From positions 4,772-68,771 of IMG/VR virus record IMGVR_UViG_3300012663_000759: a stretch of DNA of 64,000 bases. One strand, written 5' to 3'. The position numbers and the translations under genes are program-made. The notes beneath the pieces were generated by a model, which did not search any database, had not been told where the DNA came from, and worked only from the letters and a program-made list of their open reading frames with translations. This document shows, one piece after another, positions 1-9,704 of this stretch (the first letter of the stretch is position 1; each line of letters starts with the position of its first letter). The DNA is from a virus.

Positions 1-738
1 AAATTATACGAAGCCGGCTCGAAATTATTAAGTAAAAATCGTTTAGGCTCAGGTAAAGCTACCCCCGCCGCACCGGAAAATTTTGATGTTAAATTTGAAG
101 GCGAAAAAGATTTTAGAGCTAGAATTCGAGTTCCTAGTTTTTATCGATATATTCCTAATGTTATGCCCACAGTGCAACTTCTATTATTAGACGGCATTGT
201 ATTTCCGTATACTCCTACAATCAGTCAAGATTATACAGCAAACTATAATCCTATAAATCCTACACATTCAAATTATACGTTATATTTTTACAAACATTCA
301 ACGCCAGGCCCAATTACGGTTTCTGGAAAATTTACAGTACAAAATGATACTGAAGCATATATTTGGTTAGCCACGACTCATATGTTACGATCGGTAATGA
401 AGATGCGATTTGGTGCGAACGGTGAAGAAAATCGAGGAGCACCTCCACCGGTATGTAAATTTGATGCATACGGTGATCAACAGTACAAAGATGTTCCAGT
501 GGTAGTAAGTTCTTTTAGAGTTGAATTACCCGACGGGGTTGATTATTATGCAACTAGCTTATCGGGCATGCCTGGATTGACTTCGGGTGATAGTTCAAAA
601 GGTAACATGGTTCCTACGGTATCTACTTTGTCAGTAACATTGTTTCCAATGTATAGTAGACAAGAACTGCTAAGTGCTCGACACGTAACTGATTATGTAA
701 CAGGCAAACCTAATTTAAGACAACGAGGATTTCTATAA
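1..738 (+). CDS. Baseplate/tail-tube-initiator-like structural protein, 5' truncated by the window edge
   Basis: Frame 1 is open from base 1 to the stop at 738, so the ATG at 163 is probably internal. FPYTPTI...GAPPPVCKFDAYG...VPVVV resembles myophage tube-initiator/baseplate proteins, and it lies directly upstream of a gp53-like gene. Confidence 0.55.
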   Translation, partial: KLYEAGSKLLSKNRLGSGKATPAAPENFDVKFEGEKDFRARIRVPSFYRYIPNVMPTVQLLLLDGIVFPYTPTISQDYTANYNPINPTHSNYTLYFYKHSTPGPITVSGKFTVQNDTEAYIWLATTHMLRSVMKMRFGANGEENRGAPPPVCKFDAYGDQQYKDVPVVVSSFRVELPDGVDYYATSLSGMPGLTSGDSSKGNMVPTVSTLSVTLFPMYSRQELLSARHVTDYVTGKPNLRQRGFL

Positions 739-1034
739 TGGCTACATATTCAAACACAAGTCCGTACTACAATACTCCTAAAATTGGATCATATCTCGAT
801 ATATTAGAATTTAGAGATATTCCAGTAGTAGCAAGCGATGAAGAATATGAAATATTAATGCAACATCAGCATAGGCCTGACTTGTTGGCGTATGATCTTT
901 ATGGAGATTCTAATTTATGGTGGGTGTTTGCCGTTAGAAACAAGGATATTATTAAAGATCCGGTGTATGATTTATATGCGGGACAAAAAATTAAACTTCC
1001 TCAAGAATCAACACTTAGATCGTTAGGATTATAA
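738..1034 (+). CDS. Baseplate wedge protein, T4 gp53-like/LysM-like
   Basis: RPDLLAYDLYGDSNLWWVFAVRN...AGQKIKLP is typical of gp53/LysM-type wedge subunits; baseplate context. Confidence 0.75.
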   Translation: MATYSNTSPYYNTPKIGSYLDILEFRDIPVVASDEEYEILMQHQHRPDLLAYDLYGDSNLWWVFAVRNKDIIKDPVYDLYAGQKIKLPQESTLRSLGL

Positions 1035-1035
1035 A

Positions 1036-3405
1036 ATGGCTAATAGTCCCGAAGTATCTAGAAACACTGGTTCCAGTCCTGTTCTTCCAGGAGTGCTTGC
1101 TACAAGCCTACCAACAGGTGATGCTGAAAGAAATATATTACATCAATATAGAACATTTAATTATCTGTTTACATTAGGTTCTCTTCCAGCCAGTGCGTTA
1201 AATGATTCTAAATCTGTAAGAGAAAATTCAGAACGATTTATAATAGCAAAGTCGGGCGGCAAAGGGACAAGTGGAATTACCCCTACAGTTGCAGATGCAG
1301 AACAGCAAGAATTAATTGATAGATTTAATTTATTCAGTCCCGGACGGTTTGATCTTTACATGAATAATGTAGAAATTGAAACTTTGATGGCATTTAGTAA
1401 TCAAACAAATTTAGCAATGGCAACAAAACTTAGTTTTGAAATACTTGAGCCGTATAGCATTAGCGGATTTTATGAAGCAATGCAAGTGGCCGCCATTGCC
1501 GCAGGTCATGAATCTTATATGAATTCTCCTTTTGTTCTAAAAATGGAATTTGCTGGTTATACTGATAATGTTCTACCGTCTCAAATTCTTGTAAATGTGG
1601 GCGACCAGGCTACTAGATATTTTGTAATTATTATTACTAAAATAGAAGTAGAGGTAAACGAAAATGGAACAAAATACAAATGCTCTGCAATTGCACATAG
1701 TGAGTTGGGATACGGAAATAGCAATGTTCTTAAAGACTCTATACAGATGCGAGGAGAAACTGTAGGCGAAATACTACAATCTTTTATGAAAGGAGTCACA
1801 GCAGGGTCTAAAACATCATGGGAACAAGAATGCACAGATACTACTCTTAAAGATTATTACGACGAATACAGTATAGTATTTCCAATTCCTAAACCCGATG
1901 GCACGTATGATTATGGAACAAATACAGCACCTGCAATGAATCCTGATATTGCCAATAAGTTAATTAAGAATCTTTCAATACTACCAGCAATCTATTCGTG
2001 GCCTGCACCAGGCACCGTTAAATTTGATTCCTACAATAGAAGCTTTCAAGCAGGCGCAGGCCGTGGATTTGTAAATCCCCCACTAATTGGGTCATCAACT
2101 CGAAAATACACACAAGCAGAGTTAGCATTGATAGCCGATCAAGCCGCCCGCACAGGAAACTCGTCAGCAGCCCCACCAACCACTCCTCAACGAAAATACA
2201 CTCAGGCAGAATTAGAAATTATTGCCGAACAAGCTCGAAGAACTGGTAACTCGTCCTCTTCTCCAAGTTATAGTAATTCTACATCGGGTACTGCTGATCC
2301 TCCTAAAACATATGCATATGATAATAAAAACAGCAGTGTAATGTTTACTGCTAAGGCAAAAATACACGATATTATTTCGGCAGTTATCAGAGATAGTGAG
2401 TACGGCAGGGCTATATTTGAAGCCTCGGATCCTTCAAAATTTATCAAAGATCAATTTATTGATTATATGCATGTGGCTATTGAAATAGAAGAAAAATATA
2501 GTTGGAACAAGTTTACTGGAAGACAGGTTAACAGATATCGATATGTGGTATTGCCGTATAAGATGCATTATTCAAGGATTCCTTTATTTCAAAAATACAT
2601 GAAGCAACCTGAACAACAACAACTAGAACTATATTGCAAAAGACGATATGAATATTTGTATATGGGACAAAATGTTGATATTAGAAGTTTTAATTTAAGA
2701 TTTAATAATTTATTTTTCCAAGCCTATCCAAAAGGTTTGAACGGAGCATTTGATAATTCTCCGTATAACGATAAAAAACAAGGCGAAGACATTAACGGAA
2801 AAGCGTTAAAACCTATAGCTGAAAATAAATCATTAACTATTCCTTTAGGGCCTAGAATGCATAACCCTGCCGCCTCAAATGTTGTTGGTGTAGGCGGCAA
2901 TTCGGGTACACGAGTATATGATACCTACGATGCACTTGCTAAAAATATGCATCAGGCAATATTAGACAATACAGATATGATAACTTGCGAATTAGAAATT
3001 TTAGGAGATCCTTACTTCTTATGTACAGGAGGTATAGGAAGTTACAGGCCTACCTTAGCAAATAAAACGACAACTGAAAACGGAGAAGCCCCATATCAAA
3101 CATCTGATGTTATTGTGCTAATACAATTTAGAAATCCAGATGATATCGCGCCGTTTGCTAGCGGGGGCCTTGCTAAATTTGATAAAAGCAAAATTCCGTT
3201 TAGCGGATGTTTTAGGGTAATTAAAGTTCAAAGTAAATTCTCAGACGGAGTATTCACACAACGTCTAAATTTAGTAAGACTTCCAGGACAGTGGCTAGGT
3301 ACTCCGCCTAAAGGCCAAACGGTATCAGAAGCCGCAGGCCCGCAAGATGCTCAATATGCTTTTTTAGAAGATCGTGTTGTGTCATGGAGTGATCAAGGAG
3401 CATAA
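1036..3405 (+). CDS. Baseplate hub protein (gp27/GpD-like) with an internal repeat
   Basis: Lies between the gp53-like and gp5-like genes. The C-terminal LEILGDP...FSGCFRVIKVQSKFSDGVFTQRLNLVR resembles hub beta-barrels. Confidence 0.55.
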   Translation: MANSPEVSRNTGSSPVLPGVLATSLPTGDAERNILHQYRTFNYLFTLGSLPASALNDSKSVRENSERFIIAKSGGKGTSGITPTVADAEQQELIDRFNLFSPGRFDLYMNNVEIETLMAFSNQTNLAMATKLSFEILEPYSISGFYEAMQVAAIAAGHESYMNSPFVLKMEFAGYTDNVLPSQILVNVGDQATRYFVIIITKIEVEVNENGTKYKCSAIAHSELGYGNSNVLKDSIQMRGETVGEILQSFMKGVTAGSKTSWEQECTDTTLKDYYDEYSIVFPIPKPDGTYDYGTNTAPAMNPDIANKLIKNLSILPAIYSWPAPGTVKFDSYNRSFQAGAGRGFVNPPLIGSSTRKYTQAELALIADQAARTGNSSAAPPTTPQRKYTQAELEIIAEQARRTGNSSSSPSYSNSTSGTADPPKTYAYDNKNSSVMFTAKAKIHDIISAVIRDSEYGRAIFEASDPSKFIKDQFIDYMHVAIEIEEKYSWNKFTGRQVNRYRYVVLPYKMHYSRIPLFQKYMKQPEQQQLELYCKRRYEYLYMGQNVDIRSFNLRFNNLFFQAYPKGLNGAFDNSPYNDKKQGEDINGKALKPIAENKSLTIPLGPRMHNPAASNVVGVGGNSGTRVYDTYDALAKNMHQAILDNTDMITCELEILGDPYFLCTGGIGSYRPTLANKTTTENGEAPYQTSDVIVLIQFRNPDDIAPFASGGLAKFDKSKIPFSGCFRVIKVQSKFSDGVFTQRLNLVRLPGQWLGTPPKGQTVSEAAGPQDAQYAFLEDRVVSWSDQGA
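2101..2256 (+). repeat. Two copies of a 22-codon repeat, RKYTQAELxxIAxQAxRTGNSS (2101-2166, 2191-2256)
   Basis: Visible in protein and DNA (cgaaaatacacacaagcagag vs cgaaaatacactcaggcagaa). Confidence 0.9.
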
Positions 3406-3407
3406 CA

Positions 3408-5636
3408 ATGTCAATTAATTCAAGAGGATCATTCAAATTACCTTCAAGCGGCCCGTATGTTGCAAGAATAACTAACCACTTAGACCCTACACAAGGTGGT
3501 GGTGTTGAAGCCACCATGCAATTAGGAACATTTGATAATCCAGAATTGCAGAGTCATGTGTATATATTACAATATCTAAGTCCTTTTTATGGAGTTACAT
3601 CTTCAAAATTTGAAGGTAACGATAATACCAATGTGTACGATGTTCAAAAAAGTTACGGAATGTGGATGGTACCGCCCGATGTTGGCACTAAAGTACTTTG
3701 TATATTTGTAGACGGCGATTCCAACCAAGGGTATTGGATAGGATGTATTCAAGATAGATTTCAAAATCATATGGTACCGGGCATAGCCGCTAGTACCAAC
3801 GTGGCATGGGCTCCTGGACAAAAAGAAAAATTTGGAGTTCAAGCAGTTCCTGTAGCAGAATATCTTAAGAAAAACAATGATACAAATTCTCCAAATACCG
3901 AACCAAAACCAGTACATCCATTTGCAGATAGGTTATTAACACAGGGACTGTTAGCAGATACTATTAGAGGAATAACTTCTAGTAGCGCAAGGCGCGAAGT
4001 TCCTTCGGCGGTATTTGGAATTAGTACGCCCGGCCCAACAGATGATGCAAGTAAACCTGGAAAAATAGGATATACTGATGCAGTAACCGGCGAATATGAT
4101 ATTAAGACTAGTAGGTTAGCAGGCCACACCTTTGTTATGGATGATGGAGATGTAGATGGTTACAATCAACTGGTAAGAATTCGTTCGTCATCTGGTCATC
4201 AAATTTTATTACATGATTCGGCAGGCATTATATACATTGCAAATTCAAACGGAACTGCATGGATGGAGTTTACTGCAAACGGTAAAATTGATATATATGC
4301 GGCAGACAGCGTAAGTATACACACAGAACAAGATTTTAATTTTAGAGCAGACCGGGATGTTAATATTGAAGCATTGGGTAGTCTAAATTTTAAGTCTGGA
4401 AATCATACAGTGTTTAATGTAGGCACCGATTTTAATGTAGCGGCCACAACAGAAATTAAATTAAAGACCGATACTAATTTTGAAGTATTTACAAAAACTG
4501 ATATTAAACTTACTACGGCAAATAATTTTGAATTGTTAGTTCAAAAAAACGGAAACATTACTGCGGCAACATCTCTAAATTTAATTTCTACTGCAATTAA
4601 TGCTTCAAAAATTAAAACTCCTAAAGGGGGTCCCCAAGCTACTCCGGCAACTGGGGCAATTAATAATGTGATAACACTACCAACATTTGAAGTACCGTCA
4701 TCAAATACTTCAGGTGGATGGGCAACTCGATATCAAACGGGAACTGTTACTGCGTCAATGGAACGAGTTCCGATGCACGAACCTTGGGTTAAGCACGACA
4801 CTTACACTCCGGGCGAAAGTTATATTCCTCCTACTATCGTAACCCCTACTGTATTAACATATTCGGCTGATACTTGGTTTGACCCGGGTAAAGATAAGTT
4901 AACTGCCTTTGCCGAGAAAAATTTAACAGTCCTTGCTGAAAAAATCACGGCACAAAAGACTGCCAATCCTACAACAGGAACTACAACTTCTCCTAACAAA
5001 ATAATTATTACAGGACATACAGACAACTCGGGAACAGATGCATTTGACATTAGTTTATCACAACGTCGAGCAGATGCGGCAAAACAATATCTAATTAATA
5101 AAGGAGTAGGTGCAGAAACTATTATAGCAACAGGCAAAGGTAAATCTGCACCAATTGCACCAAACACCACTCCAACAGGAAAAGCACAGAATAGGAGAGT
5201 TGAGATTAAAGTAACTGGTCCGTTTGTCGACCCGTCTTCCTCTAATGCTGATTTAACATTTACTGCAAGGACAGGAGATGAAAAACATTTTGAAATGATG
5301 ACTACTCAAATGAAAAATGCTGTCCGTGCCGCTGCCAAGGCATATGCAACTCGATTTCCTGGAAAGAAAATAACAATCAATAGCGCATTTAGAACAGAAG
5401 CAGAAGAAACAGCATTGTACAATAGATGGATTGCTGCCGGCGGAAATTATACAACCAATAAAACTGCTGGCGGACTTACTACACCAGTTAATCCGGCAAC
5501 AGGTAGAAAGAGCCCACACTCTCGAGGAATTGCAATTGATTGTCAAGAAGCGGTTCAGTTAGATTCGTTGGGAATGTTAGCGCCTTACGGATTAAAACGA
5601 CCATACGCATGGGATCCCCTACACATACAGTTATAA
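3408..5636 (+). CDS. Central spike protein (gp5/VgrG-like) fused to an OmpA-like peptidoglycan-binding domain and an M15-type peptidase
   Basis: N-terminal gp5 OB-fold (PPDVGTKVLCIF..GD...GYWIG) followed by beta-helix repeats; OmpA_C motifs (IITGHTDNSG...LSQRRADA...GKAQNRRVEI); C-terminal INSAFR...SPHSRGIAID...DPLHIQL, the LAS/M15 zinc motif. Confidence 0.8.
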   Translation: MSINSRGSFKLPSSGPYVARITNHLDPTQGGGVEATMQLGTFDNPELQSHVYILQYLSPFYGVTSSKFEGNDNTNVYDVQKSYGMWMVPPDVGTKVLCIFVDGDSNQGYWIGCIQDRFQNHMVPGIAASTNVAWAPGQKEKFGVQAVPVAEYLKKNNDTNSPNTEPKPVHPFADRLLTQGLLADTIRGITSSSARREVPSAVFGISTPGPTDDASKPGKIGYTDAVTGEYDIKTSRLAGHTFVMDDGDVDGYNQLVRIRSSSGHQILLHDSAGIIYIANSNGTAWMEFTANGKIDIYAADSVSIHTEQDFNFRADRDVNIEALGSLNFKSGNHTVFNVGTDFNVAATTEIKLKTDTNFEVFTKTDIKLTTANNFELLVQKNGNITAATSLNLISTAINASKIKTPKGGPQATPATGAINNVITLPTFEVPSSNTSGGWATRYQTGTVTASMERVPMHEPWVKHDTYTPGESYIPPTIVTPTVLTYSADTWFDPGKDKLTAFAEKNLTVLAEKITAQKTANPTTGTTTSPNKIIITGHTDNSGTDAFDISLSQRRADAAKQYLINKGVGAETIIATGKGKSAPIAPNTTPTGKAQNRRVEIKVTGPFVDPSSSNADLTFTARTGDEKHFEMMTTQMKNAVRAAAKAYATRFPGKKITINSAFRTEAEETALYNRWIAAGGNYTTNKTAGGLTTPVNPATGRKSPHSRGIAIDCQEAVQLDSLGMLAPYGLKRPYAWDPLHIQL

Positions 5637-5642
5637 TAAATA
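5637..5642 (+). promoter_or_regulatory. Late-promoter-like TAAATA
   Basis: Intergenic, 5 nt before the gp25-like ATG; core of the T4 late consensus TATAAATA. Confidence 0.55.
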
Positions 5643-5647
5643 CTATT

Positions 5648-6082
5648 ATGCCATACAAAAATCTAGTAATTACTCCTACAAAATACACAAATCAGGACAC
5701 AGTTAAAGAATCTCAATTCTATCGAGGATTTAGTACGGTTAATAATACAGATAGCGTAAACTTATTTGACCAAGAGTTAATTAAACAAGATTTAATAAAT
5801 CATTTTAATACTAGAAAAGGGGAACGATTAATGAACCCCGACTTTGGTACTATTATTTGGAATCTGATATACGACCCACTAACCGAAGATCTAAAACAGG
5901 ATATCAAAGCCGATGTAAGGGCAATATTACTTTCTGATTCTAGGATACAACCTATTGATGTACAAATCGTAGAACAAGATGCTGGGCTGTTATTAGAAGT
6001 AACCTTGGTATATGCCAATAACAATCAAACTGATAATATGAAATTATCTTTTGATAAAGAGATTGGTTTGGTAGTGCAATAA
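5648..6082 (+). CDS. Baseplate wedge subunit, gp25-like
   Basis: LIKQDLINHFNTRKGERLMNPDFG...DSRI is the gp25 signature. I moved the start to ATG 5648, after the gp5 stop and a TAAATA motif. Confidence 0.85.
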   Translation: MPYKNLVITPTKYTNQDTVKESQFYRGFSTVNNTDSVNLFDQELIKQDLINHFNTRKGERLMNPDFGTIIWNLIYDPLTEDLKQDIKADVRAILLSDSRIQPIDVQIVEQDAGLLLEVTLVYANNNQTDNMKLSFDKEIGLVVQ

Positions 6083-6104
6083 TATACCAATATATTAAAA
6101 CAAA

Positions 6105-6110
6105 TAAATA
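6105..6110 (+). promoter_or_regulatory. Late-promoter-like TAAATA
   Basis: Intergenic, upstream of the gp6-like gene. Confidence 0.55.
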
Positions 6111-6131
6111 CGGTATCGGAAATATAATTCT

Positions 6132-9100
6132 ATGATACCATCAACTACTAATCGATTACTTGTTACAGAAGACTGGAAGAAAATCTACCAGTCTTATAGG
6201 AATGCAGACTTCAAAAGCTATGATTTTGATACTCTTCGCAGAACTATGATCACTTATCTCAGGGAAAATTACCCTGAGGATTTTAACGACTTTATCGATT
6301 CTAGCGAATATGTTGCATTAATTGATCTAATTGCATATTTGGGACAAAATATCAGCTTTAGGGTAGATCTTAATGCTCGTGAAAACTTCTTAGAAACTGC
6401 CCAACGTCGCGACAGTGTGTTAAGACTTGCTAGGTTAATTAACTATAATGCTAAAAGAAACACTCCTGCCACTGGATTATTAAAAATTGTATCGGTACAA
6501 ACTACCGATAATGTATTTGACAGCAACGGCGTTAACTTATCTAACGCTATAATCAATTGGAACGATGCTACTAATTCAAACTGGTTTGAACAAATTGTTG
6601 CAGTAGTAAACTCAGCAATGACATCGGGACTATCTTATGGAAAACCTGCATCCAGGGCAATTGTTGATGGTATTCCTACAGAAAAATATAATATAAACAG
6701 TACTAATAATGGAGTACCGGTTTATACATTTTCAAAATCTATTAGCGGCTCTCAGATGACTTTTGAAATTGTATCTTCAGATTTTGATAACACAATTTAT
6801 GAAGCTACTCCAACCCCAGGAAGTCCGTTTGCTATGCTGTATAGAAATGACGGTAGAGGAAACAGCTCGAGTAACACAGGATTTTTTGTACAGTTTAAGC
6901 AAGGGTCGTTGACTGCCTCTAATTTTGCAATTGACAATCCAGTGCCTAACGAAATTATTGGAATAAACGCCCCCAACATTAACGAAACTGATGTATGGTT
7001 ATGGCAACTTAATTCAGACGGAACATATCCTTCTACTCCATGGACTAAGGTAAGTGGCCTTTCAGGCAACAATGTTATATATAATAGTTTGTCTGAAAAT
7101 AATAGAAATTTATATGCAATTTTAACAAGAGAAAATGATCAAATAGATCTGAACTTTGCTGACGGCAGCTTTGGTGATTTACCCAAAGGACAGTTTCGAC
7201 TATATTATCGACAAAGCAATGGAATGTCTTATTCTGTTAAACCAGAACAGATGAGAAATGTTTCGTTTAGTGTTGAATATGTTAACGCCTCAGGCCAAGC
7301 CCAAGTTCTAAAATTTTACACTTCATTACAATATACTGTTTCAAATTCTGCTACTGCCGAAACAAACGCTGATATTAAAATAAAAGCACCGCAAGCATTC
7401 TATAGCCAAAATAGGATGGTTACTGCTGAGGATTATAACATTGTACCGTTAACCGCAGGTACTGATATCTTAAAAGTAAAAACTATTAATAGAGTTTCTA
7501 GCGGAGTTTCTAAATACTTTGAAATGAGCGATGTTACTGGAAAGTATAGTAACATTAATGTATATGCCAATGACGGCATACTATATCAACAAGATAAGGA
7601 ATATACATTTGAATATGGTATATCCAATAGAAACGAAATTAAATTTAACGTTAATAAAAATATTAATAAAATTTTTAATTTGCGAGAATTTAGATCTTTC
7701 TATCTAGACAAGTATACTAGACCGTCATTGTTAGAAGCACGCCCGCAGTGGTCAAACATTACTAATTATTATACTGGCGATATTGTAAATTACAATAATT
7801 TTTTATATACCTCATTAAAAGATAATAATATTAATCATCCGCCAATTTCAAGTTCAACATTTTGGTCAGCATCATTACCAACGAATCCGATAGCGTGGAA
7901 TCGATCTACAAAAACTACAAATCAGTCAACTGGTTATTTTACTATTAATTCTTTACCAGTTCCTGCAGGAGAATTTTCTTCTAATAACTTAAAATATGGA
8001 ACAGTTGGGGCATTAATTAAATTTGTATCTCCAAAAAAAGTTATTAATAACGTGCTACAACAAACTTATTTTTTACCAAACGGTACATTAACACCTATAC
8101 AGGATAGTAATACTAGTTCTGTTAAATGGGCTAAGGTTGTTTCAATAGTTGGAGACGGCTACAATGGTGGTAAAGGATCGTTGGCAACTGGAGTGGGTCC
8201 TGTGGTATTATCTACAGATATTCCTTCTGGTGCAATACCTGTTGAAATTATTTCTAAATTTTCATCCTCTCTTGATTCGGCAATAGAAAATACAGTTATT
8301 AACTTATCAGTTTCTAGGAAAAATTTTGGTCTTAGTCTAGATGCCGAAACATCTACATGGTTTATAATTTCTGATACAAACATTGATTTATTATCTCCGT
8401 TTAGTTTAGCAAATCAAGCAGATGCAACAGATACAAATAGAGACTCAAGTTGGATGATTGCTTTTGTATGGTCAGGAAACAAATATGTTGCTAGATATAG
8501 AGTGACTGAATATATATTTGAAAGTGAAAAAGAAACAGCATTTTTTGTAGAACCAAAAAATATTAACTACGACTACCTAAATGATACAGTTATCAAAGAT
8601 AAAATTGTAGTGTTAGGTATAAATCCTTCGCCGACGGATACTAGCGGATTATACTTAAAACAAGATCACGATTGGCAGATAGACAGTGCAGTAATAGAAC
8701 CAGATGGTTATCAAGAACCTAAAAAAGTTAAAATTAGTTTCTTTGATAAAGATAGTAACGGACAAATAGATAATCCTGATTCATTCAAAGAAATTGTTGA
8801 TCCTGCATACATAAGCCAATCTGGCTATAAAGATAAGTTTGTCTTTTTTAAGTTATTGTTAGATGGTCAGCGGTATATACATGCAGATTCGAATTTATTC
8901 CTATGCTTTAGTAGTGAACTTGACGTTCCAACATTAAATCGAATTGACGGCCAATTATATTACTTCTATAATGAATTAGAAAATATAATCAAATACTGGG
9001 ATTTAGCATCTTCTACTTTTATTATAAATCCTAGTTATTTTGCTAGGGCAGGTAGATCAAACATTAAATTTCAATATGTTCATAAAGCTGGGGAAGATAG

Positions 9101-9704
9101 ACGAGTAGACCCTAGCAAAACTAACCTAATGGATGTATATTTGTTAACAAGAAATTATGATACTGATTTTAGAAATTGGGTATCTTCTGGAACCGGCACA
9201 GAACCGTTGGCTCCTACTAGTCAAGGATTATCGTTGGCATATGCATCTTCTTTAGAAGCAGTTAAAAGTATTAGTGACGAACTAATCTTTCATCCCACAC
9301 GCTATAAAGTATTGTTTGGTGATAAATCTTCCCCAACACTACAAGCAACATTTAAGGCTACAAAAAATCCTTCTAGAGCTACAAGCGATAATGATCTTAA
9401 AACACGAATCTTAACTGCTATAGATAACTTCTTCTCAGTTGATAATTGGGAATTTGGACAAAGTTTCCATTTTAGTGAACTAGCAACGTATGTTATGAAC
9501 GTTATGACACCCGATATTACAAATTTTATTATTGTTCCTAAACAAAACAATTCTTTTGGAAGCCTGTACGAAATTAGTTGCCAGAGCAACGAAATATTTG
9601 TTTCTGGAGCAACAATTGATAACGTTGAAATCATTGATTCAATTACAACGTCTGAACTTAAGGCAACAGGAAATGTTGTTAACATTATTGGGGGCCAATC
9701 ATAA
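6132..9704 (+). CDS. Baseplate wedge protein, gp6-like
   Basis: DFDTLR..MITYL...DFNDFIDSSEYVALIDLIAY...ENFLETAQRRDSVLRLARLINY and SQNRMVTAEDY are gp6/baseplate J signatures. Confidence 0.85.
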   Translation: MIPSTTNRLLVTEDWKKIYQSYRNADFKSYDFDTLRRTMITYLRENYPEDFNDFIDSSEYVALIDLIAYLGQNISFRVDLNARENFLETAQRRDSVLRLARLINYNAKRNTPATGLLKIVSVQTTDNVFDSNGVNLSNAIINWNDATNSNWFEQIVAVVNSAMTSGLSYGKPASRAIVDGIPTEKYNINSTNNGVPVYTFSKSISGSQMTFEIVSSDFDNTIYEATPTPGSPFAMLYRNDGRGNSSSNTGFFVQFKQGSLTASNFAIDNPVPNEIIGINAPNINETDVWLWQLNSDGTYPSTPWTKVSGLSGNNVIYNSLSENNRNLYAILTRENDQIDLNFADGSFGDLPKGQFRLYYRQSNGMSYSVKPEQMRNVSFSVEYVNASGQAQVLKFYTSLQYTVSNSATAETNADIKIKAPQAFYSQNRMVTAEDYNIVPLTAGTDILKVKTINRVSSGVSKYFEMSDVTGKYSNINVYANDGILYQQDKEYTFEYGISNRNEIKFNVNKNINKIFNLREFRSFYLDKYTRPSLLEARPQWSNITNYYTGDIVNYNNFLYTSLKDNNINHPPISSSTFWSASLPTNPIAWNRSTKTTNQSTGYFTINSLPVPAGEFSSNNLKYGTVGALIKFVSPKKVINNVLQQTYFLPNGTLTPIQDSNTSSVKWAKVVSIVGDGYNGGKGSLATGVGPVVLSTDIPSGAIPVEIISKFSSSLDSAIENTVINLSVSRKNFGLSLDAETSTWFIISDTNIDLLSPFSLANQADATDTNRDSSWMIAFVWSGNKYVARYRVTEYIFESEKETAFFVEPKNINYDYLNDTVIKDKIVVLGINPSPTDTSGLYLKQDHDWQIDSAVIEPDGYQEPKKVKISFFDKDSNGQIDNPDSFKEIVDPAYISQSGYKDKFVFFKLLLDGQRYIHADSNLFLCFSSELDVPTLNRIDGQLYYFYNELENIIKYWDLASSTFIINPSYFARAGRSNIKFQYVHKAGEDRRVDPSKTNLMDVYLLTRNYDTDFRNWVSSGTGTEPLAPTSQGLSLAYASSLEAVKSISDELIFHPTRYKVLFGDKSSPTLQATFKATKNPSRATSDNDLKTRILTAIDNFFSVDNWEFGQSFHFSELATYVMNVMTPDITNFIIVPKQNNSFGSLYEISCQSNEIFVSGATIDNVEIIDSITTSELKATGNVVNIIGGQS

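Noticed and set aside
5540-5647. Long N-terminal extension of the gp25-like ORF given in the track
   Set aside because: It overlaps the gp5 C-terminal peptidase; ATG 5648 after TAAATA is the better start.
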